Shown in pieces: positions 24,026 through 34,340 of a stretch of DNA of 44,846 nucleotides. How positions within the stretch are numbered: position 1 is the stretch's first letter; the number at the start of each line of letters is the position of its first letter. The position numbers and the translations under genes are program-made. The stretch comes from Neovahlkampfia damariscottae (lineage: Eukaryota). Below the pieces are notes generated by a model, which worked only from the letters and a program-made list of their open reading frames with translations, was not told the origin of the DNA and made no database searches. The stretch is taken from NCBI GenBank assembly GCA_016618085.1, contig JABLTG010000010.1, positions 186,001 through 230,846 of the forward strand, written 5' to 3'.

Positions 24026-25981
24026 ATGAAAAACAGCATTGAAGAAAACGCAAGATCTTCTTTGAATTCTGTCAAAAATAAAGAGTCAAAACCAAAGAAA
24101 AGGAGACAGAGTATATTACAAGCTTTTTCAAGTGTCACAAATAATTTGAATTTTGTTAGTCGTAGAGATGAGGCCTTTGATGAAACACCACCTTTAAGAC
24201 CAGTCCTTAGAAAAGGTTCAAATATACAAACACCAACACTCAAAAATTCACCATCTGATTTGCGACCAGCCTCGAGGTCATCTTCAGAGAATGATATCAA
24301 GTCAACAAAACTAACTAGAGCAAAATCACAACGTTTTAGGAGCCCACAAACACCAACGAATAATCACAAGATGCAAGATTTTATATATATTGAAGAAGAA
24401 GAAGAAGTTGATATTGAAGAAGTTCAAAAGAAACAAGAAGAAGAGGAAGAAGCTAAAATCCGTTCAAAAGCGAAGCTGTTATTAAAAGAATTAAAGGAAA
24501 AAGGACAAGTTGAAGACGAATCAAAAAAACAAGTCATCTCCGAAATTTTACTCAAACGTTTATCCTCAAATCAAGATTTAAGAAAATCAAATTTTGTTAA
24601 AAGAAAAACAGGAGGAGAATATAAAAAAGATGATTTAAAACTCGCATTTTTAGAAATCCAGGATGGGATATCAAAAGAACAAGAAAGAATAGAACAAGAA
24701 CTTGAAAGACAAAAACAAGAAAAAAGTGAACAAGATGAAATTGTATCAATAGAAAAAATCAAACAACAACAAGAACCAACACCATTAAAATCAAAAGCCA
24801 AAAGTGAAGAAAATTTATCTTGCAAAACAGAAAGTGTTATTTCAAGCTCTTTAAATACTTTTGAATCACCACAATTGATAGGAATGACAAAATCAAATGT
24901 TTCAGATTCACTTAGTAGTCTTGGTAAAGATGCTTTTTCACCAAGGAGTGATGACTCAAAAGGTTCAAATCATTCAGAATCTTCAGGAGAAAAAAGAAAA
25001 TTAACAACACAAGAAAAAATTTTTATTGCTTGTTATACTGATGATTATAGTACTTTGTTAAGTTTATTCGAAGAGAATCCTCATTTTGATGTAAATAAAT
25101 TACAAAATAAAACAACATTACTACATGCAGCTGCTTCAAATAATTGTGCGGATATTATTGAATTATTGATAGAAAAAGGTGCTGATATTAATATTTTGGA
25201 CTATTTAGATAGAACTCCATTACATGTTGCTGCTTCAAATGGAAACTATGAAGCTTCTATTACATTATTAGGAAAAGGTGGCTCAAAAGTTAATTTAAGA
25301 GATTGTTATGGATTTTCACCTTTATTTTTGGCAATTAAAAATCATTATTTTTCAATAGCTGAAGATTTAATTCTATTCAATGGTGATGTGAATTTTAAAA
25401 AACAAGATGGTTCTACCATTTTACATGATTGTTTAGTCACCAATAACATCAAATCTTTAAAATTTTTGCTTGGTTTAGATCTAAAGAATTTAATACATAA
25501 TCCAAAAGATTCAAATGGTGAAACACCAATTTTAAAAGCTGTACATGCTGATAACTTTCAAATTGTAAAATATTACCTATCAAAGTGTCAAAATGATATC
25601 AAGTTACTTGCTCAAAATTCAATTGGTCAAAATGTTTTTCATGCATCTGCGAAGAAGAATTCATACAAAACTTTGATGCATATTTTATCAATTGATCCCT
25701 CTGTAACAACATTAATTAATCAACAAGATCTTACTAAAAGAAAAAGTGCACCAATTCATTTGGCAATTCAATCTTCATCAGATGAAGTTTTCAAAATTTT
25801 ATTAGCAAATAATTGTGATATTAATATAAAAGATGGTAGAGGAAATACACCTTTACACATAGCATATCAAACTCAAAATTATAAATTCGGAAATATTTTG
25901 ATAAAAATGGGAGCAAATGAAAATGTAAAAAATCATGATGGAATGACACCCAAAAAGTTGAAAAGAATATCAGAAAAATAA
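24026..25981 (+). CDS. Ankyrin-repeat protein with a long low-complexity/coiled-coil N-terminus, ~651 aa
   Basis: About 9 ankyrin repeats (TLLHAAA, TPLHVAA, SPLFLAI, TPILKAV, APIHLAI, TPLHIAY). Start placed at ATG 24026 because an ATTGG promoter motif at 23982 lies inside the longer ORF. Confidence 0.85.
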   Translation: MKNSIEENARSSLNSVKNKESKPKKRRQSILQAFSSVTNNLNFVSRRDEAFDETPPLRPVLRKGSNIQTPTLKNSPSDLRPASRSSSENDIKSTKLTRAKSQRFRSPQTPTNNHKMQDFIYIEEEEEVDIEEVQKKQEEEEEAKIRSKAKLLLKELKEKGQVEDESKKQVISEILLKRLSSNQDLRKSNFVKRKTGGEYKKDDLKLAFLEIQDGISKEQERIEQELERQKQEKSEQDEIVSIEKIKQQQEPTPLKSKAKSEENLSCKTESVISSSLNTFESPQLIGMTKSNVSDSLSSLGKDAFSPRSDDSKGSNHSESSGEKRKLTTQEKIFIACYTDDYSTLLSLFEENPHFDVNKLQNKTTLLHAAASNNCADIIELLIEKGADINILDYLDRTPLHVAASNGNYEASITLLGKGGSKVNLRDCYGFSPLFLAIKNHYFSIAEDLILFNGDVNFKKQDGSTILHDCLVTNNIKSLKFLLGLDLKNLIHNPKDSNGETPILKAVHADNFQIVKYYLSKCQNDIKLLAQNSIGQNVFHASAKKNSYKTLMHILSIDPSVTTLINQQDLTKRKSAPIHLAIQSSSDEVFKILLANNCDINIKDGRGNTPLHIAYQTQNYKFGNILIKMGANENVKNHDGMTPKKLKRISEK

Positions 25982-25987
25982 AAATAT

Positions 25988-28900
25988 TTATTTATCCAAC
26001 AAAGAAATTGTTACAAGATTATAAGGATGATTTAATTTTAATGGATTTCTTTTATCTGAAGTCTAGAATAGATTTAAAAAACAAATTGAAACTTACATTG
26101 TTGACAGGTGATATTGCAATAATCATACCAATAACAGATGCAAAACTATCATTTTTTTGTTTTTGTTTTATTGCTTGAATTGAATCTTGATCCAAGTAAT
26201 AATTTGGTGAATCTAAATTGAAACATTCCCAAGTATCTTTTGATCTATCTTTTTTGAAGAAAATTACTTTATCACCATATTCAAAATTAGAAACTGATAT
26301 TGTATTTTGTTGTTTAATTTTTTTTGAAAGTTTGAACATGTGTTTGTAAATACCTTCTAATGATTGATATTTAATGGTTAATTGACCTAAAACATTTCTG
26401 GTTTGTGTTACATTATTCAAAGGAGATAATATTCTCATAAAAGTATCAAGAATATTTTTGGTATTTTGAATTTGATTTCCGAGTCCTTCAATAGTTTGAT
26501 AATTCTCATTGGATGTTGAAATGACTTGAATAAGTTGTGAATTTTTTGAATCTAATTTTTCTAAAACTTGTTTTGATTCATTAAATGATTTTTCAATTTT
26601 AACATAATTTTCATTTAATTTTGCAATTTCTTGAGTTTTGGCTGAAATAATTGAAGTTGCATTATTAACAATTGAAGAAAGTTGTTTGATTTTATTTTCT
26701 TGATCTTGGTTTGAATTTGTTGAACCAGATTTCAATTTCAAATCTTTTGATAATTTTTCATTCTTAATTTCTAATTCACTAATTTTTTGTTTCAAAAGTG
26801 ATGATTCTTCTTGATTTGAGAGATTGATACTTTTAATTTGATTTTCAAAGTTCTCTTTTGATTTTGACATTTCAATTTGTGATTGTTTTCTTTCATTTTC
26901 CAAAATAAATTTCAAATCAGTTGCATTCTTTGAAGCTTTTGATAACTCTTCAATTGTTCTTGTTAAACTTTTTTCTTTATTTAATGATTCTTCAAAATCA
27001 AGTTTCATTTGTTGATTTTTTGAATTTAATTCATTATATGTTTTTTTGAATGTGTTCAATTGATCAACAAGTTTACCATTTTCAAATTTAATGGTTTCAA
27101 AAGATGACATTAAATCTTTATCTTTTTTCATCAATTTTGAATAATTCTCTCTCAAATTTTGAACTTCATATTTCAATGAGTTCAATTCCTTTTCATTGGT
27201 TTGATCTTTTTTTATCAAGTTATTCAATTGAAATGTATTTTTTTCTAAATCTTTTACAACAACATCTTTTGATACTTTTGTTTGTGTTAATGTTTTAGAA
27301 AGGTTTGAATTTTGTGTCTTCAAAAGATTCAATTCATTTGTAAGTTTCTTATTTTTTGAAATTTGAACTTCTTGATTTTTTTGAATACTTTGTAGAGAAA
27401 GGGATAAAGTTTTGTTTTCTGTTGTTAAACTTTGAATTTGTTCATTCGCTTTTCTTTCTTTCTCTTTTGTTTCACTTAAAATTTTCATCGATTTTTCAAA
27501 ATCTTGTTGAGATTGTTTTTGACGTTCTGTCAATTGATAAGTATCTTTTTGCATTTGTTCTTGTGCCCATTTAATTTCTTCTTCTTTTTTTGCTTTATAT
27601 TCTTCAATCTCTTTTTCTTGAATTCCCATTGTTTCTTTCAATTGATTATTTTCTGTTGTCAATTCACTAATTTTTTGATTTGATTCTTTTTCTTGTTTCA
27701 ATATTTTATCATTTAATTCTTCAATTTTCTTCTTTAATTTTTCATTTTCTTCATTCAATTCAGATTTCTTTTCATCAGAAATTATTTTAACATTTTGTTG
27801 TTTTGAATCACTAGTAGTGACATTTCCAGAACTTTGAATTGCTTTTGTTTTTTCTTCTGTTTCTCTAACGAGCATTGATAAACTTTCTAACATTGAAGAT
27901 TCACTCAAATTTCTCATAATCAAACTTTCAGTTCCAAAATAAGATTTAGACAATAATTTTGAAATGTCTCCATATTTCTCAACTTTATCATCTGGAGATG
28001 AATTTGAATCAATATTTTGTTCATTTAATTGTTCATTTAAATTTGGTAAATTTTCATCAAACCCAATAACTTGAACAGAAAACAATGGAGCATTTTCATC
28101 CAAACCAACTTTTAAATCATTTGGAATCAATCCATCAACAGTTTCATTATATTTCTTTCTGTTATTATTTTCTTCTTCAGATACTAATCTTAATACTTCA
28201 TTCATTGATTTAATATCTTTCATCAATGTTTCTTTGAATAATGTCCTTCTTGAAATTTCATTCAAAGTTGTTTCATAAGATTCAGGTAGAAAATGAATAA
28301 GTTTCAAAGAACCAATTTGTTCTTTAAGATTACTTTCAGACATATTTTGATATACTCTCATTTTATCATTTAATGTTGAAATTTTAGCTCTTGTTTCTAA
28401 AGTCTTCTTCATGATATCTACAAAAGATTTGTTGAATTTCACATTTAATTCTTGACAATTCCATAATTCTTTTCTCAACAAGTTATCATTTTCTTCATAC
28501 TTTTTGAATGGATTCATATTTTTCAATTGATTAATTAAACTTGAAAGTTGACTTGAATTTGAATTTCCAACCTTTTTGATTTCATCAACAATATAATTTT
28601 GATCTTTGAAAATCATTTTTTGTGAATCAAGTAAATTTTGTGAATTTTCAAGAAAAGGTTCAAAGGGATCTTCTACATCTATAATTGAAGATGATTCAAT
28701 GGTACTTGATCTAATATCTTTTTCAAGAGAATCTGTTTGTTCATACCAAGTGTTTAATTGTCTTTGTAGAGCAGCTATAAAACTGTTTTAAAAAAAAAAA
28801 TTGTGTTGTTACGAATAAATCTTTTACATTGAACAAATTCTTCAGTTGGGTTAATATCTTTAACCATATCAATCAAATATTTCTTGTTTTCTGTTGACAA

Positions 28901-29487
28901 ACATTTGATGATTGGTGTTTCTTTTAATAATTTTGTATCTTTTTGAATGTCAAAAAGACTCATGAATTCATTATAGCTCACAATTTCAGCTCGAAAATTT
29001 TCAAGTGAGTTTTTATATTCTGAAAATAGACTTTGTAAATTTGTCACTAAAATTGAAAGTCCATCTTTTTTGACTGTTTGATAGTACTGACAAATTGTTG
29101 CATCTAAAAATTTAACTTGAGCCTCTTCTTGTATTTGTTGTGAAACTTTGATTTGATTTTCTATTTGATCAGGTTCAAGTATATTGGAATCAATAGAAAA
29201 TAGATCTAAAAAGTGAGTTTTGTTTTTTTTTCTTTACCTTGAAAAGTTTGTGGTTGGGAGTTTTCTTTTTGTTTTTCTCTAAAATCATGTGAATAGACAT
29301 AAAATGTATTTGTAGTTTGAGAAAAATTTGTTGAATTATCCACTTCTTTACCATCAGGAAGTAAAAGAATTATATTTTGAATTGGTACGCTTTTATTCTT
29401 TGATATGAATTGTTTTAGTTCATTTGAGTTTTGAGCAACGACATCTTTATCTTCACCAAACTGAGAAAAAAAAACTTTCCTTTTCAT
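25988..29487 (-). CDS. ATG11: Atg11/RB1CC1 (FIP200)-like autophagy scaffold; 4 exons, ~1131 aa
   Basis: Ubiquitin-like N-terminus (LKQFISKNKSVPIQNIILLLPDG), Atg17-like EISRR segment, long coiled coil, and C-terminal claw-like ISVSNFEYGDKVIF...PNYYL...VIGMII...NPLKL...YNLV. Introns 29206-29237, 28775-28812, 26063-26096. Confidence 0.8.
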
Positions 29488-29558
29488 CTCTATCACTGAA
29501 GTTGAAGTTTGAAATCAGAAATTGATTTTATTGGAGGAAAAAAATTATTAATAGAATT

Positions 29559-30754
29559 TTATTTTTTTGGTATGGAAGATAAAGAATTCAATAAACCTAA
29601 AACATTGGTTGGAACTTCACTAACATTTTCATTTGTTGTACCATTTGTTGTTGTTGTCACTGATTTATTTTCAGGTTCCTTCAAAGTTGTCAACAAATTC
29701 AACAATATATTTTGTAATTCCGGAGTTTGTTGAGATTGTGATTGAATTTGAGGTTGTTGAGGCTGATAATAATCATTCTGATTTGATTCATTAATTAAAG
29801 GTTGATTGATATATTGATCATTTGAGAAAATTGGTTGTTGTTGAAAATGTTGTTGTTGAGGTTGATAATAATCATTTTGAGGAGGATAGTCATAAGGTTT
29901 TTGATATTGAGAATAATTAGATTGTGGAAAACGATTCATTTGAGAAGACAAAAGTTGTGCATAATCTTTCTCATTCTTTAAAATAAAATTGATTGCGTCA
30001 TTCACACTGACGTCTGCAATTCCAGGACTCACACCATCAGGTTTAGTTGCTCGAAAAGAAATTGTTCCATTTTCCTCGTTTTTTCTGTTGATATACTAAT
30101 TTGGAAAATTTAAAACAATTTAAAATGATCTTACCATTGTATATCTATCTCCATAGGTAACTGAGTCGTCAATTGTTTTTTGGAAGACTGTGCTATTAAC
30201 AAAACGAACGTCTACATTGATACCAGCAGACGAGAAATTTGAATGGATGTGGTTGGCATAATTTCTTAAAGCTGTGTGAATAACAAGTAATGGAATAACA
30301 CCGACAGGTTCTAGATTAGTAGATGGACGATTTTGTGGATAATCAGAAATTGGTTTTTTATAAACACGCTCTTCAGGATAAAAATTGGAAGGACGGTCTC
30401 TTTTGAATCGATCTCTTGGAGGACTTCTACTTCTTCTTCTTCCTTCTTTATGTTTTCCACCTTTGGCTAAGCCTAAATCTATTTTTTTGTTTCCAATTTG
30501 TCTTGCTTGTTCTCCTTTGATTGCATCTTGAGCATCTTCTGGTGTTTTGTATTGAACAAAGGCAAATCCTCTGAAGAAAGAAAGGTAAGAAAAAAAGTTT
30601 CTTTTTACTTGTGAATATGAACTTCTTCTGCTAATTCTCCGTAAGGTGCGAAGATCTTGGCAAGTTCGTCTTTGTCTGTTGAAGAATAATCTAAATTACC
30701 CACAAAAACACGACAGTTTTCAGGATATGTATTTTTTCTTGTTGAAAGGCTCAT
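29559..30754 (-). CDS. RRM protein with an anticodon-binding-like domain and Q-rich tail (NCOA5/Nab3-like); 3 exons, ~372 aa
   Basis: RNP2 RVFVGNL, and RNP1 KGFAFVQY restored by intron 30571-30608. RSRSP linker. After intron 30096-30134 an alpha/beta domain (NYANHI...AGINVDV...INRKNEENGTISF) resembles the NCOA5 class II aaRS anticodon-binding-like fold. Confidence 0.75.
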
Positions 30755-30965
30755 TCTGTTCTCTAACGATTTTTGTTTGGGTTTGAAGAAGAGAAAAAAA
30801 CGATTGGTGGAATTTTCAACTAAATGACCAATCAAAATATAAGGGTGATTGAACTTCGATTTTGGTCATTTTCTGAACATTTCTTTAATTTTATCGTTTT
30901 TCATTTCCAACAAAAAGTTAGAAACTTTTTTGTCCAATCATCATACTTTTTGAAACCAAAACATC

Positions 30966-33176
30966 ATGAGTGACGAAGAAAGAATGGACGATGTTGCTAT
31001 TGATACCACAAGTAATATTCCAGAGCAACAAGAAGAATACCCAAATGAAGAACCACCAATGTATGATGGTCCTGCAGCAAAAAAAGAAACAGGAAGTATT
31101 CTCCCAATGATTTTTTCAAATGTTGACAGATCCAAGTAACTAATATTAATTTTTTAATTTTTTTCAAAGGCGTTATAAAATTATGCTTGATGTTGTTCCT
31201 TCTTATGTCATTATTATTTATTTAATTGTAGTTTTGATTTTTCTCATGGCAGTTGCTGGTGTTGGTTTATTCCTTGTGCCTACAGCTGAAAAATACCAAT
31301 CTAGAGTTGTTCCTTACAATGACAATGTTTTTGTAAGCTCCTTTTTTTTTTATTAACACAAATAGTTGAACCAAGAACCTGTAGTTTTTGAATTTGAAAA
31401 TGTAAACCCGTTCAATTTGGAAGCTGTAATTTCTTTTTACTTCAATTTCAATGCAACCAATCAAGGTTTTTTTTTTTTTTTAACAACTTTTTCAAAGGTG
31501 ATATTGATGTTGAGAAAGATGATTTTGAATTAGGAGTTATTTTAGAAGGAGCTAATTTAAGAAGTGGAGCACCTACAGCTGATGTTAAACAAGGTACTCC
31601 TGGTGGTGATTGGGTAAAACTATTTTTAATATAACTTTTTCTAGACCACTCTTACTGCACCAAATACGGTTTTCAAAAGATATTTAGAATGTCGTTCTGT
31701 TAGATATACTTATTACTTTACAGTCCCAGGAACTAATGGAGACGTTTTAAAACTCTTTTCCGGTTGTGGAAAAATTGATTTATTCCATTTAGCTGCTTTG
31801 AGATATTCAAATTACAGAGTAACATTAACTATGAGAAATGCTCAAGATTTATATAACAGAGGATTAATTAAAGGTGATATGATTGCAGATGTAAGTGGAA
31901 AAACATGTATTTTTTTAACTTTAAAAGCTTCAATTAACTAATGAACACTATACATATTTTGAAATTGCTCTTAGAACACTCTTTGGACTCAGTTCAATTA
32001 TTTTCTTGTTTTACTTTTTATTTTTTGTTATCAGACTTCAACAATGGAAAAAATGGCATACAACACAAAAATGGTTACCAGTATTTTTATTTTTACAAAT
32101 TTTTTATCATGATCCAATTTTTTCACTTCAAGCTGTTGTTGGTGGTGAAGCATGGTCGATTTATCATGCAACTGGTGCTTTAGCATTCATTTATTCATTT
32201 TTATTATTTTTAATTATTTTCATTCATGGACTTTTTGTAGTAAGTTATTTCTTAGAAACTTCTGACTTTTCATAATCAGCCACCAAAAGAAAGATACTTT
32301 TGGAAATTTTATTTTTTCAAAATTCTTTTAGTTGTTGTTTCATACCTTACAACATTAGCTTTATTTTTATGGAGTGCTTTTCAAAATGTTGGAAATCCAA
32401 CTGTTGTTCAATTAAGTGATGGAGTTAATGGATATGGTTATTTAGAAATTGTTGTTCTTTGTTTAGTTTTGACTTATATTGCTTATGTTACGTATTATGT
32501 TGTTCGTGCTATTTCACACTTTACAAGTTTTCGTAGAAAGTACTCAATCAGATTTATGGTCATTGGAGCTTTTTCATTCTTTGCTTGTTTCTCTATGCTC
32601 GGAGTTACAGTTATTCAAAATAGAACAAGATATACAACAGAAGGTGCTACATTTTTAATTTCACATGCTATTATTTATGTTTATTTTGGTTCATTAGCTC
32701 ACTTTTTTACACCTTCAGGAATTATTCAACCAGACACTGTTCATGTTTCTTCTGAAAAAAATGAAAAACAAGAAAGCGATGAAAAAGAACAAGAAAATGG
32801 TGAAAATCCATTTGATGATGAACACTTTCAAAAAGAAGTTCAACCAGAAGAAGAAACTCAAACTCCAGCTCCAGATACTTTTGTTGCTCAACCTGAAGCA
32901 GTTTTAGAAATGGAACTTCCAAGAGGTCAAGAAACCGAATTAGCTGAAGTTGATTTTGGAAGTGAAAAACAAATTGAAACAATTCCAACAAACCAAAATC
33001 AAGAAACAAGTTTAGATTCTGCTTTTGAAAATCAAAATTTTGGTTTTGATGAAGATCCAAATTCATTTCCAAATTTTGAAAATAATACAGCAATTGGAGA
33101 TGTTAAAAATGAAGAAACAAATAACTCAATGAAAATTGCTGAAGTCAATGATGCTTTCTCTCAAGAATTTGAATAA
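30966..33176 (+). CDS. TMEM181: TMEM181 / Wntless-like multi-pass membrane protein with acidic tail; 7 exons, ~667 aa
   Basis: NEHYTYFEIALR, WHTTQKWLPVFLFLQIFYHDP and FIHGL...FYFFKILLV match TMEM181 motifs as I recall them. Introns 31136-31169, 31333-31365, 31466-31497, 31614-31644, 31891-31927, 32240-32279 keep the frame. Confidence 0.78.
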
Positions 33177-33200
33177 AAATTTTAATCTTTTTTATAAAAT

Positions 33201-33300
33201 GATTCAGAACACTTGTTATTGTACACAAGCAGGAATTAGGAGTACCTGCCTGATAATCATTGATCATACTGGGGCGGCAACCCGAAGTTGTCATCATTCT
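33201..33300 (-). ncRNA. SNORD31: Box C/D snoRNA, SNORD31 (U31)/snR67 homolog guiding 2'-O-methylation of the LSU rRNA P-loop G (E. coli G2251 / yeast G2619 equivalent)
   Basis: Minus strand: box C ATGATGA (33297-33291), guide TGCCGCCCCAGT (33279-33268) complementary to conserved LSU ACUGGGGCGGCA, D' ATGA (33267-33264), C'-like ATGATTA, box D CTGA (33207-33204). The D'+5 rule selects the second G of CUGGGG. Confidence 0.88.
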
Positions 33301-33414
33301 TTGATTGAATAAAATTCTCAACCATAAAACAGGTTCGAATTTTAAAAAAAGTATTTTGGTACAAAATCATCTTGATGATTGGTCTTCAATTCTCCTTGGA
33401 GTTAAAGCTCCTTG

Positions 33415-33434
33415 ATTGGCTGTTTTTATCCAAT
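33415..33434. promoter_or_regulatory. Inverted CCAAT dyad in the divergent promoter between the snoRNA and pirin
   Basis: ATTGG-N10-CCAAT, flanked by ATTGG at 33378 and CCAAT at ~33454. Confidence 0.6.
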
Positions 33435-33516
33435 CAACGAGTTTTCTGTTTAGACCAATAATTGATAAATTTCGGAGAATTTAAAATGACCAAACAAAAC
33501 AAAAAACAAAAAACAT

Positions 33517-34254
33517 ATGCAATACCAACTCAGAAAATCAGACGAGAGAGGCCACGCTGACCATGGATGGCTTAAAACATACCACACATTCTCCTTTGCT
33601 TTCTATTATGACCCAAGTTTTGAAGAATTTGGTTGTTTGAGAGTAATCAATGAAGACAGAGTCACAGCAGGCAAAGGATTTGGTGCTCATTCACATCGTT
33701 CATATAATATTTTCAGTTATATTGTGGAAGGAGAATTAACCCATCAAGATTCAATGGGCAACAAAGAAACGATAAAACCAGGAGCTGTTCAGTTCACCTG
33801 TGCTGGTACAGGTATAACACATAGTGAATATAATTTTCATAAATCAAAAGTTTGTCATTTCATACAAATTTGGGTGAAGCCAAACAAAGATGGATTGAAA
33901 CCTTATTATAAGACAATGGAATACACAGACCAACAAAAACAAGGAAAATTATGTGAAATTGTAACATCAGATGAAAAATCAACAGATTCAATCTTCATGC
34001 ATGCCAATGCAAGAGTTTATTCAACTCTTTTAAATAAAAATGAAAAAGTTGAACATAAAGTCGAAAAAGGAAGAAAAGTTTATGTACATTTAATTCAAAG
34101 AGATAACTCAAGTATTTCAATTGATACAGATGTTGTTTTGAAAGCTGGAGATGGAATTTTTATCACACCAAAAAATGATGAAACATTTTTAACACTTCAA
34201 GGAGAGAGTGATTCAAGAAATGAAGTTTTATTATTTGATGTACTTGATGAATAA
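33517..34254 (+). CDS. Pirin family bicupin (YhhW-like, putative quercetin 2,3-dioxygenase), 245 aa, intronless
   Basis: RGHADHGWLKTYHTFSFA-x-YYDP, FG-x-LRVINEDRV, GFGAHSHR, H-x-DSMGN, AGTGITHSE (His/His/His/Glu metal ligands), QIW. Confidence 0.93.
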   Translation: MQYQLRKSDERGHADHGWLKTYHTFSFAFYYDPSFEEFGCLRVINEDRVTAGKGFGAHSHRSYNIFSYIVEGELTHQDSMGNKETIKPGAVQFTCAGTGITHSEYNFHKSKVCHFIQIWVKPNKDGLKPYYKTMEYTDQQKQGKLCEIVTSDEKSTDSIFMHANARVYSTLLNKNEKVEHKVEKGRKVYVHLIQRDNSSISIDTDVVLKAGDGIFITPKNDETFLTLQGESDSRNEVLLFDVLDE

Positions 34255-34340
34255 ACATTTTTAATTCAAGTTTTTTTTTGAGTTCATTAAGACTCCTGCT
34301 TAATATTTCCAATAAACCTTGATTGGTCAAAGAAAGAAAA

